64,000 nt of DNA from Myxococcota bacterium (lineage in GTDB: Bacteria; Myxococcota_A; UBA9160; UBA4427), in NCBI GenBank assembly GCA_965250285.1, contig OZ252299.1, forward strand, positions 1,760,001 through 1,824,000, in the 5' to 3' direction. A program made the position numbers and the translations under genes. This document shows positions 55,988 through 64,000 of this stretch, piece by piece. The notes beneath the pieces are model-generated. The model saw only the letters and a program-made list of their open reading frames with translations. It was not told the DNA's origin and searched no databases. Numbering within the stretch: position 1 is the first letter of the stretch; the number at the start of each line of letters is the position of its first letter.

Positions 55988-56938
55988 ATGGACACCCGCG
56001 GCGGCGACCCGACTCTCGAAGACCTCGGCCAGGGCAACTGGGCCTACCTGCAGCCCGATGGTTCCTGGGGCTACAGCAACGCCGGCTTGATCAGCGACGG
56101 CGAGGCGTCTCTGCTCGTCGACACCCTCTTCGATCTGCCCCACACCGACCGCATGCTGGCCCGCCTGCGGGACGCGTGTCCGGCCGCCGCGTCGATCGAG
56201 ACCGTCGTGAACACGCATGCGAACGGCGATCACTGCTACGGCAACCAGCTGCTACCCGAAGCCCGGGTCGTCGCCTCGAAGGCCAGTGCCGAAGAGATGA
56301 GCGAGCTCCCGCCGGCCACGCTCGCGGCGTTCCTCGAGAACGCGGAGGCGCTCGGCCCGGCCGGCCTCTTCTTCAAGCAGTGTTTCTCGCCCTTCGACTT
56401 TCGAAACATCGAGCTTTCGCCCCCCGATGAGACGTTCTCGGGCGAGCTCGAACTCAAGGTCGGCGACAAGCGCGTCCGGCTGATCGAGGTGGGGCCCGCC
56501 CACACGAAGGGCGACGTGCTCGTCGAAGCGCCCGACGACGGCGTCGTCTATACGGGCGACATCTTGTTCATCGAGGGCACCCCGATCATCTGGGAAGGCC
56601 CGGTGCAGAACTGGATCGACGCGTGCGACCGAATCCTCGCGATGAATGCCAAGACGATCGTGCCCGGGCACGGGCCGCTCACAGACGCGGCGGGCGTGAA
56701 TGGCGTCCGCGACTACCTCGTCTGGGTGCGCGACGAGGCGCGAGCGCGCTTCGACGCCGGTGTGCCGGTGCGCGATGCGATTCGCGACATCGGCTTCGGC
56801 GCGTTCAGCGGCTGGCTCGATCGCGAACGCCTCGCGGTGAACGTCTCGACGCTCTACCGCGAGTTCGGTGACCCGGCCGAAGCGCCGAACGCCATCGAGC
56901 TCTTTGGCATGATGGCCGAGCTCGCAGGGGTCGAGTAG
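55988..56938 (+). CDS. MBL-fold metallo-hydrolase
   Basis: SNAGL, LVDT, NTHANGDH, AHT.GD, TGD, VPGHG; alternative start at 55976. Confidence 0.9.
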   Translation: MDTRGGDPTLEDLGQGNWAYLQPDGSWGYSNAGLISDGEASLLVDTLFDLPHTDRMLARLRDACPAAASIETVVNTHANGDHCYGNQLLPEARVVASKASAEEMSELPPATLAAFLENAEALGPAGLFFKQCFSPFDFRNIELSPPDETFSGELELKVGDKRVRLIEVGPAHTKGDVLVEAPDDGVVYTGDILFIEGTPIIWEGPVQNWIDACDRILAMNAKTIVPGHGPLTDAAGVNGVRDYLVWVRDEARARFDAGVPVRDAIRDIGFGAFSGWLDRERLAVNVSTLYREFGDPAEAPNAIELFGMMAELAGVE

Positions 56939-56950
56939 CGCGGGCAGCCC

Positions 56951-57763
56951 TCACACCGAGAACAGCACCGGATTGAGGCGACTCGCCGCCAGCTCGCCCG
57001 GCTCGCAGCCGGGCAGCCAGACGTCGCGGTCGAAGCGACGACTCGCGTGATCGAGCGGCGTCACGCGCGCGCCGTCCGCGAAGTAGATCACCGTCATCAC
57101 CTCTCGCATCCGATCCGTCTGGTTGCCTGGAGCACGGTGAAGCGTCCAACCGCTGTGAAACGTGACGTCACCCGCTGCGAATGCGCCGTAGTCGGCGACC
57201 TCGAAGCCCTGCTCGGCCACGCAGTCACCGAGCGCACGCTCCGAGGCGTCGCCGATCGCGTGATCCCCCAGGCTCCCCCGTCGGTGCGAGCCCGATGCGA
57301 ACTGCATCGGGCCCATCTCGGCGGAGACATCGACGAGCGGCATCCACATCGTGATCGTCTTGTCGGTGTCGAGGGGCCAGTAGAACTGGTCCTGGTGCCA
57401 AGGCGTGAAGCCCCCGCCCGGCTCCTTGAAGAGCGCCTGGTCGTGGTAGAGGCGCACCCCGTCGACGCCCAGCAGAGCGGCGGCGACCGACGCAAAGCGG
57501 CGCGCGAACACGAAGGCGCGCGCCTCGTCGTCGTGGGTCCAGAGGTTGAACATCTGCACGAACGCCCGACCGTAGACATCGCGCTCCTCGAGAGGCCGGT
57601 GGTCGTAGCGGCCCTTCGGTGCGGCGCGCAGCAGCCCCGGACGGTACGCCGCCACCTCTTCGGGTGAAGCGAGGCCGCGCACGACCGCGTGGCCGTGCTC
57701 GCGAAAGCCCTGGGCGATGGGTTCGGACACCTCGAAGCGGTCATCGAGATCGGGCAGCGGCAT
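56951..57763 (-). CDS. Phytanoyl-CoA dioxygenase (PhyH) family
   Basis: HDQALFKEPGG..TPWHQD, W.PL.D, GSH, GD..FH..WTLH. Confidence 0.9.
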   Translation of the reverse strand: MPLPDLDDRFEVSEPIAQGFREHGHAVVRGLASPEEVAAYRPGLLRAAPKGRYDHRPLEERDVYGRAFVQMFNLWTHDDEARAFVFARRFASVAAALLGVDGVRLYHDQALFKEPGGGFTPWHQDQFYWPLDTDKTITMWMPLVDVSAEMGPMQFASGSHRRGSLGDHAIGDASERALGDCVAEQGFEVADYGAFAAGDVTFHSGWTLHRAPGNQTDRMREVMTVIYFADGARVTPLDHASRRFDRDVWLPGCEPGELAASRLNPVLFSV

Positions 57764-57817
57764 GCCTCCGGCTCCTCCCTTGCGACGAGCGAGCTTCCGT
57801 TCGGCCCTTCGGCGCGT

Positions 57818-59284
57818 TCATAGCAGCGGCGAACTCACCCGCGCCACGGCCTCGAGGCCGCGCTGGGTGCCGCTCAGATCGGACCGGTCGGGTTCGGTGA
57901 CGGGCTGCGCGCCGTGGGCATCGCGCTCGAACCAGCGGGCCAGCTCGGCGTTGACGCCGGGGTCGTAGAACATCGCCGTGATCTCGTAGTTCAGATGAAA
58001 GCTGCGGATGTCCATGTTCGCCGAGCCGACGGCCGCCACGTTGTCGTCGATCAACAGATACTTGCTGTGGATCATGCGGGGCGATTCGAAGATTCTGCAA
58101 CCCGCGCCGAGGAGCTCGTCGTAATAGCTGAGCGAGGCCCAGCGAACCCAGGCGTGATCGCCTTCGGCGGGCACGAGCAGCCGCACGTCGACACCCATTC
58201 GAGCCGCGCTCGTGAGCGCGAGCCGCAGGGCGTCGTCGGGGATCAGATACGGGGTCGCGATCCAACAGCGATCGAAGGCCTGCGCGATGGCGGCCGTGAA
58301 CTGGGCCGAGATCGCGCCGGCGAGCCGAGCGTCGGGACCACTCGGGATGATCTGCACGAGTGGTCCCTCCCCCGCCCACGGGTCGACCTCGCTCTCGGCA
58401 GCGACGAGCGCGTCGGCCTCGCCGTCGAGCTCGCCGCCGGCGTCGATCCAGTCGCTCGCGAAGACCACCTCGAGCTCACGCACGGCCGGGCCTTCGAGCC
58501 GGACGACGAGGTCTTCCCAGGTGTCCGACTTCGGGCCGACCCCGAGGTACTCGTCCGCGATGTTGGCGCCGCCGAGGATCCCGATCTCGCCGTCGAAGAG
58601 CGCAATCTTGCGGTGGTTGCGAAAGTTCGCGCGCGCGGTGCGCAGCGAGGCCGCGAAGATCGGCGCGAACGCCCGCACCTCGCCGCCTGCGCTCACGAGC
58701 TCGGCGAAGTGCGACGCCGGCAGCCCGAAGCTCCCCAGGTGGTCATAGAGCACCCGCACGCCCACACCGGCGCGCGCGCGCCGCGTGAGCGCCTCGGTGA
58801 CCGATCGCCCCGCCGCGTCGTCCCGCCAGATGTAGAACTCGAAGTGGATCGTCTCGCGGGCCGTCTCGATGCGCTCGAGCAGCAGCGCATGCGCCGCGGC
58901 ATCGGCTCGGATGAGCCGCACCTCGTGCGCGCGCCGCAGCGGCGTGGGCCCGCTCGAGAGCGCCAGCCGCACGAGCCCCCTCTGGCGCTTGTCGAGCTCG
59001 GCCGGCAGCCGGCCCGGGTGCGTTCGCTGGGCTTCGGCGAGGGCCGTGGCGTGAATGCGGGCGCGGCCGCGACGCGCGTGGCGCCGGGCCGGGCGTCGGC
59101 CAATGGCGAGGTAGAGCAGCAGGCCGACGACGGGCATCAGCACCATGGCGAGGACCCACACGAGGGTGGTGCGCGGATGACGGCGTTCGAGCACGACGTA
59201 GCCGATGCCCGTGACGAGATAGGCAAAGAACCCCGCCTCGAGGGCCCAGCGCGGTACCTCGACCCAGCCGGGCAGCCAATCCAC
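57818..59284 (-). CDS. cls: Cardiolipin synthase
   Basis: Two N-terminal TMs; two HKD motifs (NHRKIALFD, IHSKYLLID); SGPD, TPYLIPD, GSANMD.RS..LN.E. Confidence 0.9.
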   Translation of the reverse strand: MDWLPGWVEVPRWALEAGFFAYLVTGIGYVVLERRHPRTTLVWVLAMVLMPVVGLLLYLAIGRRPARRHARRGRARIHATALAEAQRTHPGRLPAELDKRQRGLVRLALSSGPTPLRRAHEVRLIRADAAAHALLLERIETARETIHFEFYIWRDDAAGRSVTEALTRRARAGVGVRVLYDHLGSFGLPASHFAELVSAGGEVRAFAPIFAASLRTARANFRNHRKIALFDGEIGILGGANIADEYLGVGPKSDTWEDLVVRLEGPAVRELEVVFASDWIDAGGELDGEADALVAAESEVDPWAGEGPLVQIIPSGPDARLAGAISAQFTAAIAQAFDRCWIATPYLIPDDALRLALTSAARMGVDVRLLVPAEGDHAWVRWASLSYYDELLGAGCRIFESPRMIHSKYLLIDDNVAAVGSANMDIRSFHLNYEITAMFYDPGVNAELARWFERDAHGAQPVTEPDRSDLSGTQRGLEAVARVSSPLL

Positions 59285-59498
59285 CTCGCCCCCCTCTTCG
59301 CGCCCCGCCGATGCCCCACTCGATCCGCGGTGCCCTTCGGTCGCCCGTCCCCATCGTATCGCCTTCGCGCGCAAGCGGTGTCGCCCATTGCGCGACGCGC
59401 CCGGCGCCGCCGCACGGTCTCTTCCCACGAGCGAGCGCGGCCGGCCGGGCTATGGTTCGCCGCCGCCCTTCCACCCCCAACGCCCGACGGAGCCCATC

Positions 59499-60830
59499 GT
59501 GTGGGACGAGCTCAGGCGCCTCGCCCGGCTCGCCATGCCCGTCATGGCGGCGCAGGTGGGCGGCATGCTGATCGGCACCGTCGACACGATGATGGTGGGC
59601 CGTGTCAGCGTCGATGCCCTCGCGGCCGCGGCCATCGCGAACGCGTGGATCCACGGCCTGCTGCTGATGGCGCAAGGGGTCGTGTGGGGGATCGATCCCC
59701 TGGTGAGTCAAGCCCACGGTGCTCGCCGGCCCGACCTCGCGGCCGAGGCGATGCAGCGCGGCGTGCTGCTCGGCATCGCCGTGAGCGTGCCCGTGAGCGC
59801 GGCGCTCTACTTCACCGAGGAGGCGCTGCTCCTGCTCGGACAGGCCCCTGAACTCGCCGCAGAGGCCGAGCGCTACTCGGTCGTACAGATCCCGTCGGTG
59901 CCGTGCTTCCTCGTCTTCATGGCGGTCCGCCAGTGGCTGCAGGGGCGCGAGATCGTACGACCCGGCATGTGGATCATGCTCGTCGCTAACGTCTTCAACG
60001 TCGCCGCGAACTACGTGCTGATCTTCGGCGCGCTGGGGGTGCCGGCGCTCGGGCTCGTGGGGGCGGGGATCGCATCAGGGGCGACGCGCATCTTCATCAT
60101 GCTGGCGCTGATGGCGTGGGTATGGGGCTTCAAGCTGCACGTGGGAGCCTGGTCGAAGCCCGGCCGATACCTGTTCGAGCGGGCCGAGCTCGCCCGTATT
60201 CTGAGGGTCGGCATTGCGGTCTCGATCCAGCTCGCGCTCGAGATCTGGGCCTTCGGCGGCTCGACCCTGCTCGCGGGGCTGCTCGATCCGGTTGCGCTGG
60301 CGGCCCATACGATCGCCCTCAACCTCGCGGCGCTCTCGTTCATGATGCCGCTCGGCATCTCGCAGGCCGCGGCCGTGCGCGTCGGCAACCTGATCGGCGC
60401 GGGCGATCGCGCGGGGGCCCAACACGCTGCAACGGTCGCCATGGCCCTCGGTGGCGGCGTCATGGCCGTGGCGGCCGTCGTGTTCGTCTTCGGGCGCGCG
60501 CTGCTGCCGCGCCTGTACACGGGCGACGCCACCGCGATCGCGGCCGCCGCCGCCGTGCTGCCGATCGCGGCGGCGTTCCAGGTCTTCGACGGCGTCCAGG
60601 TGGTCGGCTGCGGCGTGTTGCGGGGCATGGGGCACACGCGCCCCGCCGCCGTGTTCAACTTCGTGGGCTACTGGGTCGTGGGCCTGCCGCTCGGGGCTGC
60701 GCTGGCGCTGCGGTTCGGATGGGGCCTGCCCGGCATCTGGTGGGGGCTCGCGACCGGCCTGCTGCTCGTCGCCTCGTCGCTCGTCGTGTACGTGCGGCGA
60801 CGAGGTCCGGCGCACGCCCGGGCCATCTGA
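59499..60830 (+). CDS. MATE family efflux transporter (NorM-like)
   Basis: LARLAMP..VDTMMVG, PALGLVGAG.A, FQVFDGVQ..G.LRG.G. Confidence 0.92.
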   Translation: MWDELRRLARLAMPVMAAQVGGMLIGTVDTMMVGRVSVDALAAAAIANAWIHGLLLMAQGVVWGIDPLVSQAHGARRPDLAAEAMQRGVLLGIAVSVPVSAALYFTEEALLLLGQAPELAAEAERYSVVQIPSVPCFLVFMAVRQWLQGREIVRPGMWIMLVANVFNVAANYVLIFGALGVPALGLVGAGIASGATRIFIMLALMAWVWGFKLHVGAWSKPGRYLFERAELARILRVGIAVSIQLALEIWAFGGSTLLAGLLDPVALAAHTIALNLAALSFMMPLGISQAAAVRVGNLIGAGDRAGAQHAATVAMALGGGVMAVAAVVFVFGRALLPRLYTGDATAIAAAAAVLPIAAAFQVFDGVQVVGCGVLRGMGHTRPAAVFNFVGYWVVGLPLGAALALRFGWGLPGIWWGLATGLLLVASSLVVYVRRRGPAHARAI

Positions 60831-60868
60831 CTCGCGCGCGGGCTGTCGTCGCCGCGGCGGTGGACCTT

Positions 60869-60947
60869 CCGATGCAGCGGCACCCGACGGAGCGGCGCCT
60901 GATCCAGCAGCACCCGATGCTGCAGCGCCCGATGCAGCAGCGCCCGA
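60869..60947. repeat. Intergenic tandem repeat, 5 x 15 bp
   Basis: ccgatgcagcggcac / ccgacggagcggcgc / ctgatccagcagcac / ccgatgctgcagcgc / ccgatgcagcagcgc, then ccga. Confidence 0.85.
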
Positions 60948-61276
60948 GGGAGAGATGGGGTCTCCGCTCGGGCGCCTACCGTTCGTTCGGGTCGCGGCTC
61001 CATGGCCGACCACGACCGACCATGTGGGGCGCGGCGGCCGGCTCGATACCCCGGATACTCATGGGGGGAAACGAGGTTCGAGTCGTCGCGCGCAGACGTC
61101 GGCTGCGTTCGAAGGCAGCGATCGACGACCAGCACACGGTGCTTCGGGCCGAACGGCCAGCCCGTACGAGGATGATGCGCCTCGTCCCGACGGCCGTCAA
61201 CTTCGAAAGCGTTGATCGACAAAGAATCGTGTCGGCGTGCCACCTGGCGCACCTAGAACCGCGCGCGTGTCGCGGG

Positions 61277-62191
61277 TCACGAAGCCTGGGGCGAAGAGCG
61301 TGTGGGCTCGGCCCGGCGGTCGCGTGGCGTTCGTGCGGCGGCCCGACGCAGCTGGCCGGCCGTGAGCGTGCGCCCGTCGGGGCTCCACCCCGGAGGCCAC
61401 AGCGCATATCGCAGCGCATCGGCGAGGGACGCGGCGCCGGCCACATCCCGCCCGATCGCAGCGAACTCGTGAAACGCGATGCGAACGGGGTTGAACGTGT
61501 CGATCTGCGTGGTGAGCCCGTAGTCGACGGGCGCGCGCTCGGGCTCGAACGTGCCGAAGAGCCGATCCCAGACGATCAGGATGCCGCCGTGGTTGCGGTC
61601 GAGATACTCCACGTTGCGGCCGTGGTGCACGCGGTGGTGCGACGGGGTGTTGAAGAGCCACTCGAAGGGGCCGAGTCGGCCGATCAGCTCAGTGTGGATC
61701 CAGAACTGGTACACGAGACTGATCGCCTGAGCGGTGAAGATCATCGCGGGTGTGAAGCCGACGAACGCGAGCGGCGTCCAGAAGACCGGGCCCGTGAGCG
61801 GCGTCGTCCACGACTGCCGCAGCGCCGTCGACAGATTGTAATGGCGGCTCGAGTGGTGGTTCTCGTGCGCCGCCCACAGCAAGCGCACCTCGTGATGCGC
61901 GCGGTGGAACCAGTAGTAACAGAAGTCTTCGAGCGGGATGAGCAGCAGCCAGGCCACCGCAGTCTCACCGAGCGAGAGCACCCGGTGCTCGTAGCAGAAT
62001 GCGAAGAGTGCGGCCGTGCCCAGCTTTGCAACGAAGCTCACGACCACGTTGCCGATGCCCATCGCGAGGCTCGCCGCTGTGTCCTTCGGCGCATAGCCGC
62101 GCGCCCCTGCTTCGCCGCGATGCGACGCCCAGGCCTCGACGATCATCAGCAGCACGAACGCCGGGACGGCGTAGTAGACGAGCTCACTCAC
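61277..62191 (-). CDS. Sterol desaturase / fatty acid hydroxylase family (alkylglycerol monooxygenase-like)
   Basis: His boxes HRAHH, HENHH, QFWIH and HHRVHH; DRNHGG..IVWDRLFGTF. Confidence 0.9.
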   Translation of the reverse strand: MSELVYYAVPAFVLLMIVEAWASHRGEAGARGYAPKDTAASLAMGIGNVVVSFVAKLGTAALFAFCYEHRVLSLGETAVAWLLLIPLEDFCYYWFHRAHHEVRLLWAAHENHHSSRHYNLSTALRQSWTTPLTGPVFWTPLAFVGFTPAMIFTAQAISLVYQFWIHTELIGRLGPFEWLFNTPSHHRVHHGRNVEYLDRNHGGILIVWDRLFGTFEPERAPVDYGLTTQIDTFNPVRIAFHEFAAIGRDVAGAASLADALRYALWPPGWSPDGRTLTAGQLRRAAARTPRDRRAEPTRSSPQAS

Positions 62192-62218
62192 GCCGGGATG
62201 CTCGGACGGCTCGGGCGC

Positions 62219-62932
62219 TCACGCGACATGGCCACCGGTCACGACGAGCTGGAGGATCGACGCGGTCGTGCGGATCAGCTCGTCGCGCCGGACGCCCCGG
62301 TCGCCGAGCAGGCGCACGTGAGCGGCGAGCTTCTCGAGCATCGAGACCAGGGCCGCCGCCGCGGCGTACGGGTGCATGCCCGGCCGCTCGGGGTTCTCGG
62401 CCTCGATCTTCTCGGCGAGCGCATCGAGCACGGGCGCAAGCGCCTTACGGCGCGCCTCCTGAAACCGCACGTCGCCGCGGTCGGCCGCGAGATTGCGCAC
62501 CGTCAGCACCGGATGGTGCGTCTCCCAGTGCTCGATGAAACGATCGGCGAGGTCGCGCGAGGTCGTCTCGCCGGCGGTGCCGTGCCACTCGCCGGAGATC
62601 AACGCCAGCAATGCCGGCGTCTCCTCGGCGGCCTGGGCCGCGAGCAGCAGCGCGGCCTCCTCGACATCCTTGAAGTAGTGGTAGAACGTGGCGGGCGAAG
62701 TCTCGGCTCGGCGGGCGATATCAACGACGGCGATGTCGAGGATGCTGCGCTCGCGCAGCAGCTCCTCGGTCGCGTCGAGCAGACGCTGGCGCGTCTTGAG
62801 CGCACGGGGGCCCAGCGTGCGGCCCGTCTGAGCCACCGCCTCCTCGGTCACGACCGGCTCCGCTCCGCTCGCGTCGTGCGCGCTTCCAGGCGCATTCGCT
62901 CGAGCCGCGCTCTGGGGATCGCTCCCGCTCAC
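62219..62932 (-). CDS. TetR/AcrR family regulator
   Basis: TRQRLLDAT..VVDIARRAETSPATFYHYF. Confidence 0.9.
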   Translation of the reverse strand: MSGSDPQSAARANAPGSAHDASGAEPVVTEEAVAQTGRTLGPRALKTRQRLLDATEELLRERSILDIAVVDIARRAETSPATFYHYFKDVEEAALLLAAQAAEETPALLALISGEWHGTAGETTSRDLADRFIEHWETHHPVLTVRNLAADRGDVRFQEARRKALAPVLDALAEKIEAENPERPGMHPYAAAAALVSMLEKLAAHVRLLGDRGVRRDELIRTTASILQLVVTGGHVA

Positions 62933-63216
62933 CTCTTCACTCCTCCCTCTCTCCTCTGCGCCGCGGCCCAGTCGCCCCTGCTTCGATCAAACTAGCGAAC
63001 GCCTCTGGGCCTCCGCCGCGGCGGCGCGCCCCGAGCATCGACACGGCGTTCGAAGCGGTGCTCGAGATGCCCCCTCCCGCACGACACGCCTTGGCATCGT
63101 GGGGCGCCGGGACGCGCTGGCGGCCCCACGGCCCGTCTGCAAATCTAACGACCCGTCAGCTCGCTGGCCGCAGCCGAGCGAGTCGCCCACCCCGCGCACG
63201 GAGCCCGAGTCGCCCC

Positions 63217-64000
63217 ATGGACGTCCAGCTCGACGAAGCGCAGCTGCTGCTCCGCGACACCGCCCGCGAGTTCCTCGCGACCGAGTGCCCGGTCGAAATC
63301 GCGCGCGCGCGGATGGACGATCCTCACTCGTTTGCCGAGGCCGTCTGGAAGCAGATGGCCGAGCTCGGCTGGGCGGGCCTCTACGTGCCGGCCGAACGCG
63401 GGGGCGCCGGCCTCGACCTCGTCACGGTCTCGCTTCTGCTCGAAGAGCTCGGTCGGGTGCTCGCCCCCACGCCCTTTCTGATGTCGGCGCTCGTCGCACC
63501 CGGCACCATCACCCGCTTCGGCTCGATCGCTCAGCAGGCCGACTGGCTGCCCGCGCTCGCCGCCGGCGAGTGGCGCGTCGCCTTCGCACATCTCGGCGAC
63601 GAGCCGCGCTGGGACGTCGCAGGATGCGGCGTCGAGGGCCACCTCGAAGGCGACCGACTGCGCCTCGATGGCCACGCGCGCTTCGTGCAGGACGGCCTGA
63701 CGGCCTCCCATCTGCTGGTCACGTGTCGGCTGGGCGACCGGATCGGGCTCGCGCTGGTGAACAACCAGCAGCCGCGCCTCGCGCACCGCGCCATCGACTT
63801 CAACGAAAAGACGCGCAGCTGGGCCGACATTCGGTTCGATGGCGTGAACGTGCGAAGCGCCGCATTGATCGGCGGTTCGGAGCGCGGTGGCGACGCCTTC
63901 GCGTACGCGCTCGACCTCGCGCGAGCGGGCCTCGCCGCCGAACTCGCCGGGGCCGGTCGCCAGGTGCTCGAGATGTCGGTCCTCTACGCGAAGCAGCGCG
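63217..64000 (+). CDS. Acyl-CoA dehydrogenase family protein (3' truncated)
   Basis: Translated by hand from ATG 63217: MDVQLDEAQLLLRDTAREFL..WKQMAELGW.GL..P.ERGG.G..EELGR..P.PF..YAKQR; absent from the ORF track because there is no stop in the window. Confidence 0.88.
   Translation, partial: MDVQLDEAQLLLRDTAREFLATECPVEIARARMDDPHSFAEAVWKQMAELGWAGLYVPAERGGAGLDLVTVSLLLEELGRVLAPTPFLMSALVAPGTITRFGSIAQQADWLPALAAGEWRVAFAHLGDEPRWDVAGCGVEGHLEGDRLRLDGHARFVQDGLTASHLLVTCRLGDRIGLALVNNQQPRLAHRAIDFNEKTRSWADIRFDGVNVRSAALIGGSERGGDAFAYALDLARAGLAAELAGAGRQVLEMSVLYAKQR

Noticed and set aside
60869..60947. CRISPR array or iterons
   Set aside because: Contiguous degenerate 15-mers, no spacers, no rep gene
222..62995. 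Long alternative ORFs (e.g. 222-2273 minus, 43204-45657 plus, 57914-59851 plus, 60116-62995 plus)
   Set aside because: Antisense or frameshifted shadows of motif-bearing genes; Arg/Ala-rich with no motifs, as expected at high GC

Overview
GC-rich (roughly 70% by eye), densely coding chromosomal window with about 60 credible genes. I recognised no rRNA, tRNA, CRISPR array, integrase or transposase. Most long ORFs in the supplied track are antisense or frameshifted shadows. The host looks diderm (TonB-ExbBD operon, PEP-CTERM protein) but carries many actinobacterial-type lipid/steroid genes; a Myxococcota/Binatota-like affiliation is an inference only. In order, the window holds: the end of a polysaccharide-type locus (epimerase, cytochrome c-PQQ dehydrogenase, flippase, beta-helix enzyme) interrupted by an iorAB-like pair; an ECF sigma factor with a zinc-finger/beta-helix anti-sigma; TetR plus flavin monooxygenase; aqpZ; an osmoprotectant ABC transporter; an F420-type LLM; a cluster resembling the mycobacterial cyp51 neighbourhood but lacking a P450; TauD; a HelD-like ATPase; a FadD19-like ligase; a three-gene MotA/TolQ/ExbB-type motor; a KshA/Neverland-like Rieske oxygenase; a stand-alone FtsH-like protease domain; a Vibrio-type TonB2/TtpC operon; cls; two MATE transporters; a sterol desaturase; and a truncated acyl-CoA dehydrogenase. 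The best candidate for an undescribed system is 41921-46303: a zinc-ribbon-bearing ExbB/TolQ-like channel with two different coiled-coil ExbD-like partners, only one of which keeps the proton-carrying Asp, next to a divergent PEGA membrane protein. All family calls come from motif recognition by eye, not database searches.
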